From NCBI GenBank assembly GCA_037144045.1, contig JBAWXN010000002.1, forward strand, positions 150,875 to 214,874: DNA of 64,000 nucleotides, written 5' to 3'. Numbering within the stretch: the first letter of the stretch is position 1; every line of letters begins with the position of its first letter. Shown in pieces: positions 17,861 through 27,015 of this stretch. The notes under the pieces were generated by a model. It did no database searches and had not been told where the DNA came from. It was given only the letters and a program-made list of their open reading frames with translations. The translations under genes were made by a program, and so were the position numbers. The stretch is from a bacterium (GTDB lineage: Bacteria > Patescibacteriota > Minisyncoccia > Phycocordibacterales > UBA1006).

Positions 17861-18493
17861 ATGAACACCTTGTACATTATTTTGGGTTTTATTGGTGCAG
17901 TGATCCTCTGGTCAGTCTGGGGTCATTTTTCTTCTCGTGTTGAACAAACAGCGTATTCTGTCGTGGATTCAAAAGAGAACTACGAAATTCGTATATATCC
18001 AGCGCATATTGTAGCGCAGACGGTAGTTAAGGGATCGTATCAACAAGCACTCAACCAAGGCTTTAGTATTGTTGCTCGTTATATCTTCGGTGGAAATACT
18101 AAAAAAGAAAGTATTGCCATGACATCACCGGTCATTGAAAAAAGCACAGTCTCAGAATCTATTGCGATGACGTCGCCGGTTATAGCAACCGTCGAAGGGG
18201 ATTCACACACGATTGCCTTTGGGATGCCACGTTCGTATACTCTTGAAACACTTCCGGTTCCAAATGATAACCGTGTTCAAATAGTTACTATTCCCGAGAA
18301 GAAAATGGCAGCTCTTCGATTTTCAGGAATGCGTACTGATGCGCGTGTTCAATCAAAAAAGCAGAATCTATTAGATTCGCTTAAAAAAGACAGTATAACT
18401 ATTGTTGGACAGGTCCAGTATGCTGGATACAACGCACCCTGGACTCCGCCATGGATGACACGACATGAGGTGTTGGTTGAGGTGGGTGAATAA
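17861..18493 (+). CDS. SOUL/HBP haem-binding family protein with N-terminal TM
   Basis: YEIRIYPAHIVAQT...IAMTSPV...ALRFSG...GYNAPWTPPWMTRHEVLV matches the SOUL family signature. The SIAMTSPVI motif is duplicated. Confidence 0.65.
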   Translation: MNTLYIILGFIGAVILWSVWGHFSSRVEQTAYSVVDSKENYEIRIYPAHIVAQTVVKGSYQQALNQGFSIVARYIFGGNTKKESIAMTSPVIEKSTVSESIAMTSPVIATVEGDSHTIAFGMPRSYTLETLPVPNDNRVQIVTIPEKKMAALRFSGMRTDARVQSKKQNLLDSLKKDSITIVGQVQYAGYNAPWTPPWMTRHEVLVEVGE

Positions 18494-18502
18494 ATAGGTA
18501 AT

Positions 18503-18534
18503 AAAAAACCGACTTATTTTTGTAAGTCGGTTTA
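18503..18534. terminator. bidirectional rho-independent terminator
   Basis: aaaaaaccgacttatttttgtaagtcggttt. Confidence 0.65.
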
Positions 18535-18538
18535 ATAG

Positions 18539-19204
18539 TTACAGCACCCAATCTTTCCAATCAGGATGTAATTCAATGTTCAAGTCAACGCAAGCGGATT
18601 TCAAGGCATAAATAGAAATTTTCTCAGGATTTGGACAACTCATACATCTGCCAACGAATCCAACAAAGATAATTTCTTCTTTACTTGATATCGGCGAGAT
18701 AACAACACCACCCCTGTCAGCGGTAACATGTGCTGATACATGAGCATGTATGGACCGGTAAACCAAGTCATTACATTTAGGAATATCTTCCCACACCACT
18801 GCATACCCTTCATTGTCATTTAACTGGTGTGAATTATCGATACCACCAGATGTAAGTAAATAGTGTCTCATTGCACCAGGTCCTACTTCGGGTACATTGG
18901 GTGCGCCACCGATGCGTTCCTCTTTTTCAAGAACAAACCAGGCGTTGTGTACTAAGCCGCCATAGCCAATACGTTTTTCTTTCCAAAGCCTTGTAGGATT
19001 CCGGTTTTCCGGCATAAATCCCCATGGATAGGGAGAAGATGCGATTGATACAACTTCTGCGTGAGTCGCGTTACGGTACTTGCCAGTTGGAGGCGTTCCT
19101 AATTGGTCGAGGTTTCCTTGAAATGGAAACCTGAGGATTGCATGCTTCCCGCCAGGAAGGATGATCCAGTCTGATAGTGATACTTGTTTCATGTTGATGT
19201 GCAT
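18539..19204 (-). CDS. hypothetical protein
   Basis: 221-aa ORF; non-repetitive composition with several Cys/His; no family recognised. Confidence 0.45.
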   Translation of the reverse strand: MHINMKQVSLSDWIILPGGKHAILRFPFQGNLDQLGTPPTGKYRNATHAEVVSIASSPYPWGFMPENRNPTRLWKEKRIGYGGLVHNAWFVLEKEERIGGAPNVPEVGPGAMRHYLLTSGGIDNSHQLNDNEGYAVVWEDIPKCNDLVYRSIHAHVSAHVTADRGGVVISPISSKEEIIFVGFVGRCMSCPNPEKISIYALKSACVDLNIELHPDWKDWVL

Positions 19205-19290
19205 TTTTGTTAACTATACGGGAAAGGAAATTATTGTTAATACTGTTGTACAACTTTGACAACACTCCCTATTTTTGTTACTTTGAAACC

Positions 19291-20100
19291 ATGATTGAAA
19301 AAACACTGTCTCAATTTGGACTCCGCGACGACGAAATTAAAACTTTTGTTTTTCTTCTCGAGAATGGACAACAAACCGCTGGAGTTCTTGCAAAAAAGAC
19401 AGGCCTTTCTCGCCCTTCTTTGTATGGTTTTTTGAGGAAACTTAAAGAAATGGGACTTGTAACCGAATCTCAGAAAAATGGAATAAAAACTTTTTTTGCG
19501 TGCTCTCAAGAAAAACTCGAGAAATTATTTCAAGAAAAAATAGAAGAACTAGAGCAAGGAAGGGAAACCGTGAAAAAAGTATACGAAATGGTGTCAATGA
19601 ACGGAATACTAACTAATCCTAAGTTTCAACTCTTTGAAGGTAAAGAAGGTCTAAAACAAATTTTAAAAGACATGCTCTTATATCGAGATCTTGAAACAAA
19701 ATCATATTGGCCTATACAAGCCATGGTTGAAATATTGGGAGAAGGTTTTTTTAAAGAATTAAATAGGGAGCGAATTAAAAGAAGGTTGTATACCAAAGCC
19801 ATCTGGCCCGAGTCACAAAAATTAGATATTAAAAAACATCCCTACCTTGGATTCGGCAAGGCGTTTATGCGAGAAATTCGTATTGCACCCAAAAATATTT
19901 CTTTCTCTATGGGATACTGGATCTACGGTAATAAAGTTGCTTGTATATCATCAAAAAAAGAAGCGTTTGGATTTATTATTGAGAGTAAAGAATTGGTTGA
20001 AATGCTCTCAAGTCAATTTGAATTGATGTGGTATGCTTCAAAACCTATAACTGGTAAACCAGAAGATGGAAATGATTTTTTGAAAAATATTACCTCGTAA
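19291..20100 (+). CDS. TrmB-family HTH transcriptional regulator (paralog 1)
   Basis: MIEKTLSQFGLRDDEIKTFVFLLENGQQTAGVLAKKTGLSRPSLYGFLRKLKEMGLV is a TrmB-type winged HTH. ORF track starts at 19207. Confidence 0.6.
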   Translation: MIEKTLSQFGLRDDEIKTFVFLLENGQQTAGVLAKKTGLSRPSLYGFLRKLKEMGLVTESQKNGIKTFFACSQEKLEKLFQEKIEELEQGRETVKKVYEMVSMNGILTNPKFQLFEGKEGLKQILKDMLLYRDLETKSYWPIQAMVEILGEGFFKELNRERIKRRLYTKAIWPESQKLDIKKHPYLGFGKAFMREIRIAPKNISFSMGYWIYGNKVACISSKKEAFGFIIESKELVEMLSSQFELMWYASKPITGKPEDGNDFLKNITS

Positions 20101-20154
20101 TTACATAAGTAGTACTCGTAGGTTGAGTTATAGGTCAATGATATAATAAAAATT

Positions 20155-20391
20155 ATGAAAAAAGTAATTGAAGGATTTGGTTGGTACGGGACCATTGCGA
20201 TACTCTCAGCTTATGGGTTGGTTAGTTTTTCAGTTCTTCAACCTACTGATATTTGGTATCAAGTACTTAATGGGACTGGTGCCTTAGGAATTGTGACTGT
20301 AGCTTTTTCTAAAAAGGATTATCAGCCAGTGGTACTTAATACGGTCTGGGTGCTGATTGCAGTTATTGCAGCTATACAAATTCTCATTTAA
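20155..20391 (+). CDS. small membrane protein, hypothetical
   Basis: 78 aa, 2-3 TM. Confidence 0.4.
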   Translation: MKKVIEGFGWYGTIAILSAYGLVSFSVLQPTDIWYQVLNGTGALGIVTVAFSKKDYQPVVLNTVWVLIAVIAAIQILI

Positions 20392-20406
20392 TCAATTACT
20401 ATTATT

Positions 20407-20994
20407 TTGTATATGCAGGAAGTATTTGTAGAAAATAAAAAACAACTATGGGCATGGCTCAAGGAAAATCACTCACAAACAGAAAGTGTTTGGCTGGTGC
20501 ACTACAAATTTGCGAGTGGAAAGACAGATCTCACTCGTGATCTGTTAGTAGATTACTTACTTTGTTTTGGGTGGATTGATTCTCTTCCTAATAAAGTAGA
20601 CGAATATAGAACAAAAATACGTATCTCGCCACGTAAGCCTAAAAGTGTTTGGAGTCACATAAATAAAGAAAAAGTTAAAAAACTGATAAAAACAGGGATG
20701 ATGCAAAAATCAGGATTGAAAGTAATTGAGATATCCAAAGAAAAGGGTACTTGGAATAAGGCATACCTACCACAGAGTAAAATGACGGTGCCAAGTGATT
20801 TTTTGAAACTACTCAAGAAGAGGGAAAACAAGAATGCCTATGAATTCTTTAAGACATTTGATAAGGCAAATTTGTACGCAGTAGGGTATAGGCTTGCAGT
20901 TATCGTGGACTCAAAAAAGAGAGAACTAAAAATGAAAGCATTTGTAGAACAATTCAAGAATAAAAAATACTTTTATTCAAATAAAAAAGTTTAA
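20407..20994 (+). CDS. YdeI/OmpD-associated (bacteriocin-protection) family protein
   Basis: ...LWAWLKENHSQTESVWLVHYK...LLCFGWIDSL...RISPRKPKSVWSHINKEKVKKLIKTGMM matches the YdeI family pattern. Confidence 0.55.
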   Translation: MYMQEVFVENKKQLWAWLKENHSQTESVWLVHYKFASGKTDLTRDLLVDYLLCFGWIDSLPNKVDEYRTKIRISPRKPKSVWSHINKEKVKKLIKTGMMQKSGLKVIEISKEKGTWNKAYLPQSKMTVPSDFLKLLKKRENKNAYEFFKTFDKANLYAVGYRLAVIVDSKKRELKMKAFVEQFKNKKYFYSNKKV

Positions 20995-21103
20995 AACAAA
21001 AAGCACCTGACGGTGCTTTTTGTTTTTGGCGGAGGACCGTTGAGACTATTAGAACGTGGTATGGGTAGATTATTACTGCTCTGTGGAAGTACACCTAATT
21101 GAA

Positions 21104-21295
21104 CTACACACTATTCTTCTCTAGAAACCAAACTGCTTTAGCCATACTTACTGCATCAAATGTTGCATCGTGAGCAGCTTTATGAGAAGTCTCAAGGGTT
21201 CTATCAATCCCAAGGAATTTCCCAAGGTTCCCGCTACAATACTCAAATCCTTTTTCTTCAAATTGTTCGCGAGTAAGTCCCCACGCCTCAAGCAC
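21104..21295 (-). pseudogene. C-terminal fragment of a DEDDh-type 3'-5' exonuclease (gene remnant)
   Basis: 63-aa ORF ...SHKAAHDATFDAVSMAKAVW, Exo III motif-like. There is no upstream coding continuation. Confidence 0.4.
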
Positions 21296-21774
21296 AGCTC
21301 AATCGGGACAATATTCAACGAGAAAATAGAGAATTCGCTTTTACCAAACTGTTCACCTGCGGCGCTTGCGGATCAGGAATATCCGCACAAGAGAAGTACA
21401 AGGTGCTGAAGGATGGGACGAATGCCAAGTATGTTTACTACTCATGTTCTAAGGCGAAAGATAGAAACTGCAAAAATAAATACATTCGCGAGGAAGAGTT
21501 GATCGAGGAGTTATTCAAAGTCATAGATCAAGTGAATATTAACGAACTGGGCATGCGAATGAAACTCGAAGAAGAAATCAAGCGATTCAACCGACTACAG
21601 CGACTCGCCACAAAAGGTACGCCGAAATATTCGATCAACGAGGATGACGTTAATACAAGAGAATATGCAAAGTATGTCCTACGCGAGGGTACGCCACTTG
21701 AGAAACGAGAGCTATTAGGACACCTACGAAGCAGGCTGGTATTAAACGACAAAAAGATAACATTGTCGGAATAA
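21277..21774 (+). pseudogene. C-terminal fragment of a large serine recombinase (zinc beta-ribbon plus coiled-coil) lacking the catalytic domain
   Basis: The open frame from 21277 reads ...FAFTKLFTCGACGSGISAQEKYKVLKDGTNAKYVYYSCSKAKDRNCKNKYIREEELIEELF..., the recombinase zinc-ribbon signature (CxxC...YYxC...C). There is no N-terminal resolvase domain and no ATG start. Confidence 0.6.
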
Positions 21775-21813
21775 TAAAAATGCCCAATCAGAAGTGATTG
21801 GGCACTGACAATG

Positions 21814-23736
21814 TTAGCCTGTACCAAGAAATTTTTTCCAGCCAGGAAAATTTGGATGATATGAGGTATAAGGATCCCTGTAGAGTTTTGAATCCAGCTT
21901 GTACCTTTTTTGATAGTCCTTCATATTCTTAAGCCCCAGCTTGATACTTGCCTTGCTCGCTTCCTGCCAAGTCTTGTACTTGTCGAACCTGTCTTGCGTA
22001 CCATTGAATATAGCCCAGCCAGGGAAGTCCTCATAATAACCACTTGGATCAGAGGGAAGTCTTTTATCCGTCTTGTATTTTTTATAATACGCCCTGTCGC
22101 TTGTAATACCGCCTATCTTTTTTGCAGCAACTGAGGCATCCTTCCATGTTGGGTAAAAATTCTTTGGATCTGCCCCAAAGAACACGGGCCAGCCAGGAAA
22201 GTCTGGGTAGGTTTTGTAGGGAAAGCTTGGAAGCCTTGGGTCAAGAGTATATCTTTTTTGATAGTCTCTGTATCCAGTCAGTCCGAGCTTTCTTGCAGAC
22301 GCGCTTGCCTCATTCCATGTCGCATAGAAGTTTTTCTTTGTCCTACCAAGAAAGGCATCATATCCAGGAAAGTCAGCGTAGTTATTATGCGGATGGGATG
22401 GTAGCCTCCTATCCTCCTTATGTCTTGCGAAATATTCGCGCATCTGTTTGATTCCAAGATCAACAGCGGCTTGGGATGCCTCCTGCCAGGTCTCGTAGAA
22501 TCCCATTCTCGCAACTCGAAGAATTTCCATAATATCCTCGAGCTCATCTGAAAAGTTAAACGAGTAGTGGGTACCGCTGACTGACAGAAGTGACTTATCT
22601 GTTCTCACGGGATCCGTGTATCGCTGAATAGATTTAACCATTCCCTGAACCATCAAGATGCGTTGGGTATTAGCTACAAAGTCCAAAACGACGACCTTTG
22701 ACTTGCCTAATTTTTTGCGAAGCCCTCGGCCGAGCTGTTGTCGGTAAATGATACCTGATTCTGTAGCGCGTATAAATACGATAACTTCAACGTCTGGGAT
22801 ATCTATGCCTTCATTGAACTTATCGACGCTCAGGATGATGTTCATGTCCCCATGCTTGAAGATGTGCAGATTTTCATTGTTCGTCTTTGTTGAATTTTCA
22901 GAATGAAAAGTGCAGTAAGTGCCTTTTTCTAGGTTTTTAGCAAAGGAACGAACATGATGGATGCTGGAACAAAAAATGATGCACTTCTTGCTCCAGTTAT
23001 TGGTGTGCTTCTTGATTTCCTTGATCTGTTCTTGGTCCCGCTTCTTAACGAAGAGCTGCTTGTTGATCTGGTTGAGGCTGATTCTTCTTTTTTCAGTGAC
23101 GACCTCCTTGAATAGCTCTTTTAATGCATCTTTGTTAAGGCCATCGGAAAGTAGATGATACTCCACGTTGGTGAGCCACCCCTTGGCTATACCTTCCTCA
23201 ATCGTGATGTTAACCACCTCTTCTCCATACAAATCTCGAATATCAAGCTCGTCCATACGGTCAGGTGTCCCTGTCATGCAAAGCGTCTTGCTGGGATTGA
23301 AGTACTTTATTACTTCACGGAATGTCGGAGCCTGTGCATGATGTCCCTCGTCTACAATAATGATGTCGAAGTGATTTTTACTAAATCTCCTATACCACTT
23401 TGATGTACTGTTGAGCGATTGAAACGATGCGAAAACAATGTGCGCCTTTCTAGCCTCCTCGACACACTTTTCAGAGCCGAAGAAGTCATAAAATTTAAGA
23501 TTTTCATCTGGGTCGAAACTTTCCCGAAATTCGCGATGTGCTTGAGCCAAAATATAATTATCGTGGCATAAGAACAGTACTCGATTTCGTTTTTTGTAGA
23601 GGGATTGAAGTAGGAATGAAGCCACTACGGTCTTACCAAGACCGGGTGCCATGACCATGAGAGCCTTACCAATAGTGTTGATCGCTCTCAAGACTAGGGA
23701 GTGGACCCTTTTTTGATATGAATATAGTTTTTTCAT
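21814..23736 (-). CDS. superfamily 2 DEAD/DEAH (ResIII-like) helicase with four tandem about-55-aa C-terminal repeats
   Basis: Motif I MVMAPGLGKTV, motif II IIIVDEGHHA, helicase C-terminal motifs (QQLGRGLR). The C-terminal 230 aa are four repeats: YxTWxEASxAAxKLGxxxxxDYxKRYxxDxRLPSxPxxxYxDFPGWxxFxG. Confidence 0.75.
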   Translation of the reverse strand: MKKLYSYQKRVHSLVLRAINTIGKALMVMAPGLGKTVVASFLLQSLYKKRNRVLFLCHDNYILAQAHREFRESFDPDENLKFYDFFGSEKCVEEARKAHIVFASFQSLNSTSKWYRRFSKNHFDIIIVDEGHHAQAPTFREVIKYFNPSKTLCMTGTPDRMDELDIRDLYGEEVVNITIEEGIAKGWLTNVEYHLLSDGLNKDALKELFKEVVTEKRRISLNQINKQLFVKKRDQEQIKEIKKHTNNWSKKCIIFCSSIHHVRSFAKNLEKGTYCTFHSENSTKTNNENLHIFKHGDMNIILSVDKFNEGIDIPDVEVIVFIRATESGIIYRQQLGRGLRKKLGKSKVVVLDFVANTQRILMVQGMVKSIQRYTDPVRTDKSLLSVSGTHYSFNFSDELEDIMEILRVARMGFYETWQEASQAAVDLGIKQMREYFARHKEDRRLPSHPHNNYADFPGYDAFLGRTKKNFYATWNEASASARKLGLTGYRDYQKRYTLDPRLPSFPYKTYPDFPGWPVFFGADPKNFYPTWKDASVAAKKIGGITSDRAYYKKYKTDKRLPSDPSGYYEDFPGWAIFNGTQDRFDKYKTWQEASKASIKLGLKNMKDYQKRYKLDSKLYRDPYTSYHPNFPGWKKFLGTG

Positions 23737-23787
23737 CTGGGTTTGTTTTTATTGTTAAATAACTTAATTTCTTCACAATCTTATAGG

Positions 23788-23888
23788 TATATGTCAATAT
23801 AGTCATATATGTTTGACTAAATACGAAAAATAAGTATTATATCCTTATATATAAAGACAAATGTGTTGTCAGATATATTGACATATAT
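23788..23888. promoter_or_regulatory. divergent promoter/operator region with palindromic motifs tatatgtcaatata (23788-23801), catatatgtttgac (23804-23817) and atatattgacatatat (23873-23888)
   Basis: Inverted copies of ATATGTCAA / TTGACATAT between the helicase (-) and the TrmB-like gene (+). Confidence 0.4.
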
Positions 23889-24627
23889 GAACAAAAGCCA
23901 AACAATTGAAGTGTTAAATGATATAGGGCTTTCCGAAAATGAGGCCCGTGTCTACCTTGCCTGTCTGGGGGTAGGGCCTACAACCGCTATAAATATAGCT
24001 AGAATGACAGAAATCAAGCGCCCGACGGTTTATACGATCATTGATTCTTTGAAGGCCAGAGGACTTATGTCCATCGAAGTTCGCGGTTTCAAGAAGAAGT
24101 TCGTAGCTGAAAGGCCGGAAAAGCTGGAAGAGGTTTTGGAACTGAAAAAGAGCAAGTTTAAAAAATTACTCCCAGAACTTCAGGCTCTTCAGAATGCTCA
24201 AGATGATGGCGGATTCATTAAGTATTTCGAAGGAATGGAAGGGATCAAGTCAATCTATGAATCCATGATCCGCGATATAAAGCCAAAGGAAGATTATTCT
24301 GTAATAGGAAACATGGATAAATTGTTGCCACTCGACCAGAAGTTCTTTGAAGACTTTTTTGACCGACGGGCAAAGTTGAATATTAATTTGCGTATCTTGG
24401 TGCAGAGGAACAAGGGCGGTGAATGGTTCAAGAAATACGAAAAAAATATGAACGCGAAGGTGAAGTATCTTCCCGAGAGCACGAAGCTAAGTACAAACCT
24501 GGTAATGATTCCACGGCGAATGCTGATACACGAACTCACTGAGCCGATCAAGGGTATAGTTATTGAAAACAAGAGGACAATTGATATGCAAAGGGAAATG
24601 TTTGAAATTATGTGGGATTCGATCTAG
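23887..24627 (+). CDS. TrmB-family HTH transcriptional regulator (paralog 2)
   Basis: MNKSQTIEVLNDIGLSENEARVYLACLGVGPTTAINIARMTEIKRPTVYTIIDSLKARGLM. ORF track starts at 23863. Confidence 0.6.
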   Translation: MNKSQTIEVLNDIGLSENEARVYLACLGVGPTTAINIARMTEIKRPTVYTIIDSLKARGLMSIEVRGFKKKFVAERPEKLEEVLELKKSKFKKLLPELQALQNAQDDGGFIKYFEGMEGIKSIYESMIRDIKPKEDYSVIGNMDKLLPLDQKFFEDFFDRRAKLNINLRILVQRNKGGEWFKKYEKNMNAKVKYLPESTKLSTNLVMIPRRMLIHELTEPIKGIVIENKRTIDMQREMFEIMWDSI

Positions 24628-24633
24628 TAAAAG

Positions 24634-24668
24634 AAAAACAGCGACTATGGTCGCTGTTTTTCTTTTAC
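24634..24668 (+). terminator. rho-independent terminator
   Basis: aaaaacagcgactatggtcgctgtttttc. Confidence 0.7.
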
Positions 24669-24736
24669 TCTTAATCACTTATGAGTCGCACGGCCTTCAT
24701 AGGCACGTGGGTCATGTAACTAACAGGTTGTCAATG

Positions 24737-24821
24737 CGGAAGTGGTGAGATTCGAACTCACGGGCCTTTGACAGCCGACAGTTTTCAAGACTGTTGATTT
24801 AAACCACTCATCCACACTTCC
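24737..24821 (-). tRNA. tRNA-Ser (anticodon TGA), long variable arm
   Basis: Reverse complement: acceptor ggaagtg/cacttcc, anticodon arm acagt-cttgaaa-actgt, long variable arm cggctgtcaaaggcccg, T-arm gtgag-ttcgaat-ctcac. Confidence 0.8.
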
Positions 24822-24902
24822 GAGGACTATATTACACGGTTTTAGATTTTTTTCAAGGGGTTACAGGTGTTTCCTGCTTTGGGTACATGGTATACTGGTA
24901 GT

Positions 24903-25292
24903 ATGAATACACAAACAAAATGGGTGATAGGATTGAGTATTGCGCTCGCGTTAGTAATCGGAATACTTATTGGTAAAGGCTGGGATGCACGTGGTATGGG
25001 TCATTATGGAGCACACCGCATGCCGGATGGAACCATGATGTCTAATGGTGGCGATATGTCATCTATGATGCATGATATGAACGCTTCATTACAAGGAAAA
25101 ACAGGTGATGCGTTTGATAAGGAATTTCTAATTCAGATGGTGGTGCACCATGAAGGCGCTGTAGACATGGCTAAAAAGGTGCTCGAAGTTTCAAAACGTC
25201 CAGAACTTATTAAATTAGCTAACGACATTATTTCAGCTCAAACAAAAGAAATTGAAATGATGAATACATGGAAAGCAACTTGGTTTAAATAG
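24903..25292 (+). CDS. DUF305-family protein (ferritin-like four-helix, metal-resistance associated) with N-terminal TM
   Basis: ...DAFDKEFLIQMVVHHEGAVDMAKKVLEVSKRPELIKLANDIISAQTKEIEMMNTW is the DUF305 signature. The extended -10 tggTATACT at 24888-24896 ends about 7 nt before the ATG, so the transcript looks leaderless. Confidence 0.65.
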   Translation: MNTQTKWVIGLSIALALVIGILIGKGWDARGMGHYGAHRMPDGTMMSNGGDMSSMMHDMNASLQGKTGDAFDKEFLIQMVVHHEGAVDMAKKVLEVSKRPELIKLANDIISAQTKEIEMMNTWKATWFK

Positions 25293-25332
25293 GTATTATA
25301 AAACTCGCATGAATGCGAGTTTTATAATACCT
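25293..25332. terminator. bidirectional terminator, perfect 18-bp stem
   Basis: ggtattataaaactcgcatgaatgcgagttttataatacc. Confidence 0.75.
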
Positions 25333-25333
25333 A

Positions 25334-26008
25334 TTAATTTTTTTGAGACTTAGCGTGTTCTTCAAATAATTTTATAACATTAGGAAAAGAAACTTTATTT
25401 GCTAAATCAAGTACTGGCTTATCTTGTTCTGAAATAGTATCTCCAATACTCGGATTAACATAAATGTGTCCATTTTTTGGTCCATGGAATACTGTTTTAG
25501 TACTATGCACTCCTTGATCGTCTGGGGCATAGTTATCTTCCGCCATGCGACTTTCTTGAAATCCGTCAATTACGCCGTCTCCGTTCTTATCAAAGAGCCA
25601 AAATTCTTTACCTTTATAGTCGTCGTAACCATCCGACCCTTTTATAATAGTGTCGTATTCTTCGATAATAAATGTGCGTCCACCGGAAGGGTCAGTAATC
25701 ATTTTAGCTTCGCCCGATTCAAAATCAATGGTTTGGTTTTTAACACCCGATTCAAATACTTCTGCTTCAGTGGTCAATTGAGGCAGGGTGTCGTAGAGAT
25801 GATATACCGATTTAGCATATTCAGCACGCTCGTTGTCAGTCATTTTTTCAATAGCGGGCTTGAACGAAGGATCCTTTTTCGAGTTGCAACTCTCGAGGGT
25901 TGTAGTTAGTGTAGTTAGTGTTAGTAGTGCTGCTGCAAGTAGTCCTGTTTTGTTTTCAAGATTAGGTAATTTGCTAGTAATTTTTTTAAACGGGTTTAAG
26001 TGGTCCAT
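25334..26008 (-). CDS. hypothetical lipoprotein/secreted protein with an EF-hand-like DKNGDGVIDG loop
   Basis: Signal peptide followed by Cys (LESCNSK). DxNxDGxID calcium-binding-like motif. Confidence 0.5.
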   Translation of the reverse strand: MDHLNPFKKITSKLPNLENKTGLLAAALLTLTTLTTTLESCNSKKDPSFKPAIEKMTDNERAEYAKSVYHLYDTLPQLTTEAEVFESGVKNQTIDFESGEAKMITDPSGGRTFIIEEYDTIIKGSDGYDDYKGKEFWLFDKNGDGVIDGFQESRMAEDNYAPDDQGVHSTKTVFHGPKNGHIYVNPSIGDTISEQDKPVLDLANKVSFPNVIKLFEEHAKSQKN

Positions 26009-26061
26009 GGGTATATTTTAGGTTTTTATGAAAAAATAATCAAATATGATACATTGCGAGT

Positions 26062-26478
26062 ATGAAATATCTAGGGATTGATTATGGAACCAAGAAAATA
26101 GGCATTGCCATTTCTGATGAATCAGGGAAATTTGCATTTCCGAAAGAAATTGTACCTTCAGGAATTGAAGCTTTAAGGGATATTGTCGACATGGTAACCA
26201 CTGAAGGAGTGCAAAAAATAATTGTGGGGCATTCATTAACGAGTTCAGGTGATCGCAATGTACTTATGGAAGACATTGATGCTTTTATCGAAGAAATTCA
26301 AAAACTTACTGGACTCCCGGTATTACTATCAGATGAGCGTTTTTCATCAACGGCGGTGCGTGCATTTGATTTCGAAAAACCTATTGCAAATACACGAGGT
26401 AATAGTCGCCCAACCGATCCTATTGATCATCGAGCCGCAGCGATCATGTTGCAACGATACCTAGACAAAAATAGTTAA
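26062..26478 (+). CDS. ruvX: Holliday junction resolvase-like protein RuvX/YqgF
   Basis: MKYLGIDYGTKKIGIAISDESGKFAFP... is the YqgF N-terminus (GxDxGxxxIGxAxSD). Confidence 0.8.
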   Translation: MKYLGIDYGTKKIGIAISDESGKFAFPKEIVPSGIEALRDIVDMVTTEGVQKIIVGHSLTSSGDRNVLMEDIDAFIEEIQKLTGLPVLLSDERFSSTAVRAFDFEKPIANTRGNSRPTDPIDHRAAAIMLQRYLDKNS

Positions 26479-26498
26479 AGGGTATATAACAAGTAAAA

Positions 26499-26969
26499 TT
26501 GTTTATCATGAAACCTAGCACGCTTTCAGATTATTTTGCACAAGCATCGTTTGAACAACAACAAGCCGTACGTGAACCCTTTAGTTCCGATTTCCTGAGT
26601 GAGCTTGCCGTAATTGGAGTAAGGTCAACCGTAGAACAAATGTTACAGCGACTGCTTACTTCAGCAGAGCTACTCTTTAAAACGACTACTGGTTTAGTTA
26701 CGATAAATGAACAGTATGCGCTACAGATACATGTTCAAGGAAAGGTAACTCGTGTTGAATTTTTTAGTCACGCACTTGTAATTGCTACCGCAATTCAAGA
26801 AAAAGATGTGATATGGGAATTGCCTGGTCGTATCCCTAAAAAAGTAACGCATATGCGGTATTCTTGGCCAGGGTGGTCGCCTGCAAATGGCTCATTAGGA
26901 GAACAATACAGTGCGATGTTGCAAAAAATAGGGGCCTACGAAAAAGCCTACAAAAAAGCATTAGTATAA
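26499..26969 (+). CDS. hypothetical protein
   Basis: 156-aa ORF; no motif recognised. Confidence 0.4.
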   Translation: MFIMKPSTLSDYFAQASFEQQQAVREPFSSDFLSELAVIGVRSTVEQMLQRLLTSAELLFKTTTGLVTINEQYALQIHVQGKVTRVEFFSHALVIATAIQEKDVIWELPGRIPKKVTHMRYSWPGWSPANGSLGEQYSAMLQKIGAYEKAYKKALV

Positions 26970-27015
26970 CAACGTAAAGCAGACTTTTCTGCTTTTTTTG
27001 TTATACTGAAACCAT

